64,000 nucleotides of DNA from the human T2T-CHM13v2.0 reference genome, Homo sapiens. Within the stretch, counting starts at the first letter, position 1. Each line of letters begins with the position of its first letter. The stretch lies in assembly GCF_009914755.1 (NCBI RefSeq), contig NC_060931.1; one strand, given 5' to 3'. The notes under the pieces were generated by a model. That model saw only the letters and a list, made by a program, of their open reading frames with translations. It was not told the DNA's origin and did not search any database. Of the stretch, positions 55,592 through 64,000 are shown piece by piece. The position numbers and the translations under genes were made by a program.

Positions 55592-55898
55592 GTTTGTTTG
55601 CTTGTTTGTTTTTTGAGAGAGAGTTTTGCTCTTGCTACCCAGGTTAGAGTGCAATGGCTCAATCTTGGCTCACTGCAACCTCCGCCTCCCCAGTTCAAGC
55701 AATTCTCCTGCCTCAGCCTCCTGAGTAACTGGGATTACAGGCACCTGCAACTATGCCTGGCTAATTTTTTGTATTTTTAGTAGAGACAGGGTTTCACCAT
55801 GTTGGTCAGGCTGGTATCGAACTCGTGACCTCAGGTGATCCACCAACCTCAACCTCCTAAAGTGCTGAGATTACAGACATGAGTCACCATGCCTGGCC
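55592..55898 (-). mobile_element. AluS (Sq/Sp-like)
   Basis: gagttttgctcttg...gtgcaatgg. Perfect TSD tgttcaagtttt at 55580-55591 and 55899-55910. Confidence 0.92.
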
Positions 55899-56634
55899 TG
55901 TTCAAGTTTTATCTATCTAGCAAGAGTCTATGAAATGCTACATATTCCACAATATGCTATTTATTCCTTTCCTCCCATACCCATTTTGAGTAACCACTCC
56001 ATCTTCTTAATTCACGGTGTACCTTGTCACTTTTATCTCTAATGGCAAACGTAGCTCTTTGAAATCATGTCCATTTGTGAATCTAACAAAATGCTTAAAA
56101 TACTTTCTTGATTCATCAATACATGCTAAATGAACAAATGGAGAGGTATGTGATGGGGGAGCACGAGTGGGTAACAGAATCAAAGGAAGAGTTCCTGAGA
56201 TATGAGACAGAATGATAGAAGTTGAACGTGCAGAATGATTTCAGGATGGATAAAAGCATAGTTGTAACTCCTGGCAAAGGGCTCTCATTTTAGTAAGACA
56301 AAAATGGATATTGTTAGTAAAGGTGGTAAGGGTAAGTCTAGGAATTTGAAGGGAGAATTGAAGCAATACACATTCTATAATTTATAAAATTTGCAATTTG
56401 TTATCTAGAAAAATATCAGCACCTCTGTACTTAGTAATAAAAGCAGGAATATCTATATAGTCCCTTTGTAGGGTCACAGCAAGCCAGATATTCAGAGCCT
56501 AAATCCAGGCTTCAAGAAAAGCCAGGCCCATGGGCTTTGGTGCAGTTACGTGTTTGGACAGCTTTGTGAGCCCTGAGTACTGAGGACTAGAGAAAGGGAA
56601 GAAGCACACAGTTCATGAAAGGGATTAGAAAGTG

Positions 56635-56665
<31 letters not shown>

Positions 56666-56678
56666 CAAAAAAAACAAC
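56635..56678. repeat. (CAAAA)n pentanucleotide repeat
   Basis: Six caaaa units seen directly. Confidence 0.9.
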
Positions 56679-57156
56679 ATAATTTTTTTGAGGCAAGAAC
56701 TCCACTGGAGATTATATAAAAGGATATGATCTTAATTTGGCATTCCACTTTACTCTAGCAGCATCTGAGTTCAAGGACTAAATAACTTGAGAGATGTTGA
56801 AAGTAAGAAAGGACACTATTTAAACATCATTAGTATAGAGTCTTACTTTTATAACTATCTTTTGCTTTTTTTCACAACATAGGGAGCTTTAGAGAAATAA
56901 AGTAAAAAGACAAATGAGACCCTCTGAACTCAACCCACAGAAAGGATTTAAATGTAGACCCTCTATAACAGCAAAGGTCTGTGTAAGCATTGTGAAATCC
57001 AGGTGGGGCATGATCAGCTGTAAGGTGTATCAGAAGTCATGGAATATTACAAAGCATGTGCTTAAAAAATTAAAAATTTGATTTTAAAACTGCTATTCTC
57101 ATTTGTTTATATTTATACATGCTTCCTTTAGTGGGAAAAATAGATAGAATTAGAAT

Positions 57157-57483
57157 ACTGCTTCTCAAATCATGGTCTAAAGATCCTTGAGGTCCTCAAG
57201 CCTTCTTGAGTTTGTGAGGCTCTCTCTTTTCTAAATTCGTATCAGTATGAGGCTGGACTTCGTTTCTTATACTACAAATATACAACATATTATGACATGT
57301 GGAATGCAGAAGCAGCATTCAGTTCTCATATAATTTTTTTTGTTTTGTTTTGGAAAACATTTTTTCACCAAAACATGAAAACAAATTAATAAGTATGTTT
57401 TAAATCCTATTTTTCAATTTGTAATATGGTAAATATCAATAATATAATTTACATAAACCAAAGTTCTTTGAGCTCCTCAATAA
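57157..57483 (+). mobile_element. Charlie1-derived hAT deletion product
   Basis: ttctcaaatcatggtc; tgaggctggactt...gaatgcagaagcag; aatatggtaaatatcaat...cataaaccaaagttctttgagctcctcaataa. Confidence 0.6.
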
Positions 57484-57485
57484 CT

Positions 57486-58070
<585 letters not shown>

Positions 58071-58728
58071 CTTTAATGCACTTTTTTAGAGCAGTTTCAG
58101 GTTCAGAGCAAAATTGAGCCAAAGATACAGCAATTCCCCATATACCCACACATACATAGCCTCTCACCTTATCAATATCACCAACCAGAGAAATATATTT
58201 GTTATGCTTGATAAACCTATACTGACGCATCATTATCCTCTAAAGTCTATAGTTTACATTTGGGTTCACTCAGTGTTGTGCATTCTATGGGTTTTGACAA
58301 ATGGAAAATGAAATGTATACACCCTCATAGTATCATACAGAGAACTTTCACTACCTTAAAAATTCTCGGTATTCCACCTATTTATTCCCCTTCCCCCTAA
58401 CCCCTGGCAATCCTTGATTTATTATCTCTACAGTTTTGTCTTTTCCAGAGTGTCATAGAGTTGGGGAATTGTACAGTATGTAGCCTTCTCAGACTGGCTT
58501 CTGTCACTTAGAAATATACATTTAAGTTTCCTCCATGTTTTTTCATGGCTTAATAGTTCATTTTAGTGCTGGATAATACTCCATTGTCTGGATGTGCCAC
58601 AGTTTACTAATATAATCACATACAGAAGGACATCTTGGTTGCAAGTTTTGGCAATTATGAATAAAGCTTTTATAAATATCTGTGTGCAAGTTTGTTTGTA
58701 GATATAGGTTTTTGATTCACTTGAGTAC
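58071..58728 (-). mobile_element. L1MC1-like 3' end
   Basis: ttttttagagcagtttcaggttcagagcaaaattgagc...aagtctatagtttacatt...cattctatgggttttgacaaatg. ORF 58563-58784 contains TQIFIKALFIIAK. Confidence 0.8.
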
Positions 58729-58910
58729 ACTCCTTTGCTTAAGTCTTTGTCCCCTGAGAATAGTGTTGGTGTAAAACAGACCATTAAGAATTATTTGTTA
58801 ATTGAAACAAAATCTACACCAAGCTAAGAAAGTACCTACAGAAGCTATCTAGAGAATATAAATTGGTGGCTGGTGAAAGAGCACTAAATTCAAAAGCTTA
58901 TGTAGATACC

Positions 58911-59197
58911 CATGTTTTTCTCACTATCAAGATACATCTATGTATGTATATATATATATATGTTTATATATGTATAATATACCTATTGAACACATCCTTC
59001 TCACTATCAAGATACATACATATACACATATGTATGGATAGATGGTTATATACATATATATCTACATACACATATGTATGTATGGATAGATGGATACATA
59101 CATATATATCTAGCCATCCATACACATGTATATGTATGTATCTTGATAGGGAGAAAGACGTGCAATATATAGAGATAGATAGTGAGAAAGACACATG
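58911..59197. repeat. Imperfect nested inverted repeat in TA/TG-rich low-complexity DNA
   Basis: 29-bp arms 58998-59026 / 59127-59155 (1 mismatch) and 12-bp outer arms 58917-58928 / 59178-59189. Confidence 0.85.
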
Positions 59198-59227
59198 AAA
59201 TAGGTAAATTGACAATTTAAATACTTA

Positions 59228-59495
<268 letters not shown>

Positions 59496-59630
59496 GTTGT
59501 TAACTCACCTGTTTCTGTTTTTACCAACTAAAAATGTCACACAGTCCTTTATAATGTACATACAGAAGACACCAAGTAACCATTGGTTATATGCAGCATT
59601 GTATTTTTCATTAAAAAATAGTGGAATGTG

Positions 59631-59982
<352 letters not shown>

Positions 59983-60942
59983 TTATAAACAGATTTTTTT
60001 AAATTTCATATTTGTTTTAAGTTTTTTCACCACAATACTTATCTATTAATGTCACAAAAGAAAAATAAAGGCTAAACAACACTGCAAAAAGTCTAATACT
60101 GCTTTGGTAATATTTTATGGGGCTTTTGTTGATGTTTTTGCTTTTGCTGTTCTTTTGTCTTTTTTGCCCCCAGAGAATCTAGCAGTCAACTTGACCTCAC
60201 TTCATGGTTAATAAATCATCTGTTGTTAAATTTCAGACATAAAAGCACAGCCTCACTACCTTTTTAAAAAGCTTATAAATGGTTTCTCAAAAGAATTAAG
60301 AAAACCTTTAATACATCAAAACAATGAGATTATAGACATGAAACTACACTCTCTGCAGCTTTTCAAAAACAGAGTCCTAATGGAAAATAGACTATGAATG
60401 TTCAAGAAATTACACTCCTCTGAGTGTGTGTGTGAAATATACTCCATGGAAAAAATTTATTGGAAGCTCTCTTATGAGAGAAATAAGATGATCGAAAAAT
60501 AAATCCTCCAAGAAGTAACTACTTTTTATTATTTCTGATTAAAATTCATTCTTAAAAACAAAAGTCTTCGAAAGAAGTTTTCTCAATTATTTACCTCCTT
60601 TTATTCTGAATCTACAATTCTGTGGCAATTTATTAGGTAAATTCTGTTTAATCAGAAAACCTACAAGTGATTCTTATATGTATTTAAGTATTCTCCTCCA
60701 GATATATGTGAACCATCTTGTAGCCTTTGGCAAAGTTTACTACTGGCTTGTAATAATAATAATCAGACTCTATATGGATATATATTTCCCAAGTCAAACA
60801 TCAGGGCAAAAAAACAGTGTTATTCAGAGCAACTGACCTGTGCATGCACATCAATTCTTAAAATGAAAATTAAAGAAACATTGTTATTTCCGTAAAGCTT
60901 TGCTGGAAGTAATTGATTCATATGTATAAAACATCAAATCTA

Positions 60943-61224
<282 letters not shown>

Positions 61225-61649
61225 TCATTATGTTTTGGTTCACAATTCATTAGTAATTAAATGGAATGAAGGAATATATCAATGCAGGAAAAGTTATGGC
61301 TCTGTATGTTTTAGGTAATTCCTAAATTTATCCACAAGGCAAAACACTACTTATCTAAGTCTATGTATTGAAAGCAGTTACATTTTTTTCTTTCATTGGC
61401 AGTGGTTTTATCTGGAGAGTAAATATAATGAGCAATATCATATTATATTTTATTCTATTTTCTTTCACTGTAAATGTTTCGAAGACATTGTTATTATTAC
61501 TGTATTATTTTATTTTTTCTCTATTCCAGGAGGTAGCCAGATTTTTTGTGTGTGTGGAGTTGAAAAAAGAAGCTTTTGAAGATAACTTTCTCATAGAAAT
61601 CTTCTATCTTTCATAAAAGCTTAAACTCACTGAGAAGTTTAGACTTGGT

Positions 61650-61765
61650 CACCGATGCTCAAAACATATCTGGAGACTCCTGGGGATCCATGAGATCATT
61701 GTAGGGGTCCACAAGGTCATAATAATTTCTTTTTAATAACTAAAATTATATAATTGTGTTGACAA
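61650..61765 (+). mobile_element. Charlie1-like 5' terminal fragment
   Basis: gactcctggggatccatgagatcattgtaggggtccacaaggtcataataatttc...tgtgttgaca. Confidence 0.45.
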
Positions 61766-61867
61766 TAAACAGAAAGTGCTCTTGCATACTTTTGTACTCT
61801 AAAAGTTTCTTCTTTCATTTCTAATATGATAAATCTTTGATATACTCAATAGAATTTAAGAAAGTAA

Positions 61868-62171
<304 letters not shown>

Positions 62172-62599
62172 TGAAAGTAATTTTTAAAAAGTTTTACAAT
62201 TGCAGCTTTAAGTAATCTAGAAGGGGAAGGATGAAATTGGAGTGCATTTTTAGGGCTGAGCAGGGTCATGTTGAGAAAGAGGAAGTAAATTTTCCACCAT
62301 TGCAAAGTAGCAGAGATCAGTTTCACCCAATTTCCTGGCAATTATTTTTCGTCTGGGAGGTGGCAAGATCAAAAGAGGCTGAACACTAAGCCCTAAGTAC
62401 TCCAGCTCTACTAAGATGACTTAGCAACCCCAAGTTGGTAAGGCACTGCAACTTGGTAATGATGTAGCTGAATTGCCTGCCTTCACGGAAATAGGTGGAC
62501 TTGAGTAATTAGGATACACCAGTGGCAATCATGATGTACTAAAGCATAGAAAGTTCTCTCTCTTTTACAGTTAACTTGTGTAATCGCTTGTTTGTCCAA

Positions 62600-62995
62600 T
62601 CTCTCTTTGGGGAAATCTTTCCTCTGAGTCGTCTAATTTTGGCATGAAGAAGATTCCAGGTGCCTGGCCCTCATTATAGACGCAAGATACCTTTTCTTTT
62701 CATACCTTGGCCTAACCAGAAGGCTGGCATGAGACTAAAATATGACAACCAGATGCTCTCTCCTGGGATTGCAAATTTTGAGCCAGTAACACCAGGATGG
62801 AAAGAAAGTTTGGAGAATATTCATCATAGTGACTCTGATGGCAGTAGCAGTGATAGCAGATGTCCTGGCTGCTGTTTCGTTCCTCTTTTCTTTCAGGACT
62901 CCTTCAATTCCTGTCCATCTAAAGCCTGCTCCCTCAACACCGCCTTTGCCAACCCAATATTCTTCCAACAAATTCCCCTATGCTTAAGTCAGTCA
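62600..62995 (+). mobile_element. Old ERVL LTR (LTR33/LTR41-like)
   Basis: caaccagatgctctctcctgggatt...aattttgagc; ttcttccaacaaattcccctatgcttaagtcag resembles an LTR 3' part. Confidence 0.45.
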
Positions 62996-63006
62996 TAACT
63001 TCCCCA

Positions 63007-63230
63007 TAACATACATATATACACATAAACATACATACACACATATATGAACATATATGTACATATACACATATACATATGTATACACATATATGTGTAT
63101 ATACATGAGTATATGAGTATATATGTATGTATATATAGTACATATGTGTATATATGTATATATAGTACATATGTGTGTATATGTGTATATATGTGTACAT
63201 ATATGTGTGTGCATATATATATGTATATAT
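63007..63230. repeat. (TA/CA/TG)n low-complexity tract
   Basis: Degenerate tatatg/cata units; source of the Y/I/H/C-rich spurious ORFs. Confidence 0.9.
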
Positions 63231-63837
63231 CTCGCTAAGGAGATAAAGGCCATCTCCACTGTAATACACAAACAAACACAAACTCTCAAACCACTGAGAT
63301 CGAACATCCGTCAAGCTCATCGAGATGCAAACATGAAGCTAGACTAAATTTGATTTTTTAAATGATACAGAAAATATCACAATTCATTATATTTAAAAAA
63401 GTTAGAAATTCACTAATTTATTATAATTTCATATTTACTGTCAACAATTAGCCAACTATATAGTTATAATTTCTGTCTTAAATTCCATTTATTTAACAAC
63501 CCTTTTCTGTAATTAATATGAAGATTATTGAATCTAGAACTAGAGATATATAACAGGATTCCTGAAAAGGAGGATTTTTAACATGCAAAAAAGGTGTCAT
63601 TTAAAATTTGGCAGACACTTTTTATTCTAAGTGAAAACAGCAAAGTATACCTAAGGAGAGATTTTCATACTCTGCAAAAAAAAAAATTAGACTTCAGTGG
63701 TCGTTATTATATAAATGAAATACCTAGAGAAGGAACTTTTTTGTTTGTTTGTTTTTTATGTATTGACAAAGCATCCCTTTTCAATATCCTTTGTATGCTG
63801 AGTAGAATTTTAGATAGCACATAGGCAAGTGTGAAGT

Positions 63838-63900
63838 AGCAATGTATTGCAGTAATTGAGAGGGCAAGCTCTGGAGTCAGACTGTTAATGGATTCTGATG
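63838..63900 (+). mobile_element. MIR 5' (tRNA-derived) fragment
   Basis: gcaatgtattgcagtaattgagagggcaagctctggagtcagactg. Confidence 0.5.
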
Positions 63901-63936
63901 CTAACACACATAAACACATGCACACACACACACATG

Positions 63937-64000
63937 TAGTTGACCCTTGAATGACATAGGGGAGGCTATGAACCCCCCCTACACAGTCAAAAACTTAAGT
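63937..64000. mobile_element. Tigger2/MER8-like terminal fragment, runs off the window
   Basis: agttgacccttgaatgacatagggggaggc...acccccctacacagtcaaaaa matches the recalled TIR CAGTTGACCCTTGAACAAC. Confidence 0.7.

Noticed and set aside
59503-59511. Perfect minus-strand donor CAG|GTGAGT
   Set aside because: No convincing acceptor or ORF upstream; isolated donors of this kind occur by chance in 64 kb.
62934-63347. Several 60-130 aa ORFs rich in Y/I/H/C/V
   Set aside because: They are translations of TA/CA low-complexity sequence; the same applies to 58863-59215.

Overview
This is AT-rich, CpG-depleted primate DNA, probably human (AluY, L1PA4, THE1A/B are present). It looks intergenic or deep-intronic, and I find no credible cellular protein-coding gene, tRNA, rRNA or CRISPR array. 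The ORF-track entries are L1 ORF2, THE1-int, Alu, MaLR or ERV fragments, low-complexity artefacts, or chance ORFs. A large part of the window is transposable elements: Alu/FLAM, L1PA/L1M, MaLR LTRs, ERVL LTRs, MIR/L2, and hAT and Tigger DNA transposons. The most notable structure is an ancient, heavily decayed but near full-length class III (ERV-L-type) provirus on the minus strand (~38710-47530), which the ORF track does not reveal. It has two diverged LTRs, a tRNA-Leu PBS, gag, protease, RT (YVDD), RNase H, integrase, a dUTPase-like remnant and an unexplained ~2 kb env-position segment, and it carries five later insertions. Other points of interest: a full-length THE1A nested in an L1PA, a twin-primed (5'-inverted) L1PA4, a closely spaced inverted AluY pair, two fold-back palindrome clusters, and a CpG-retaining CRE/E-box motif upstream of a consensus splice donor (possible lncRNA promoter or exon). 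Subfamily names come from my recall of consensus sequences, not from a search. I do not see evidence of a novel functional biological system beyond these candidates.
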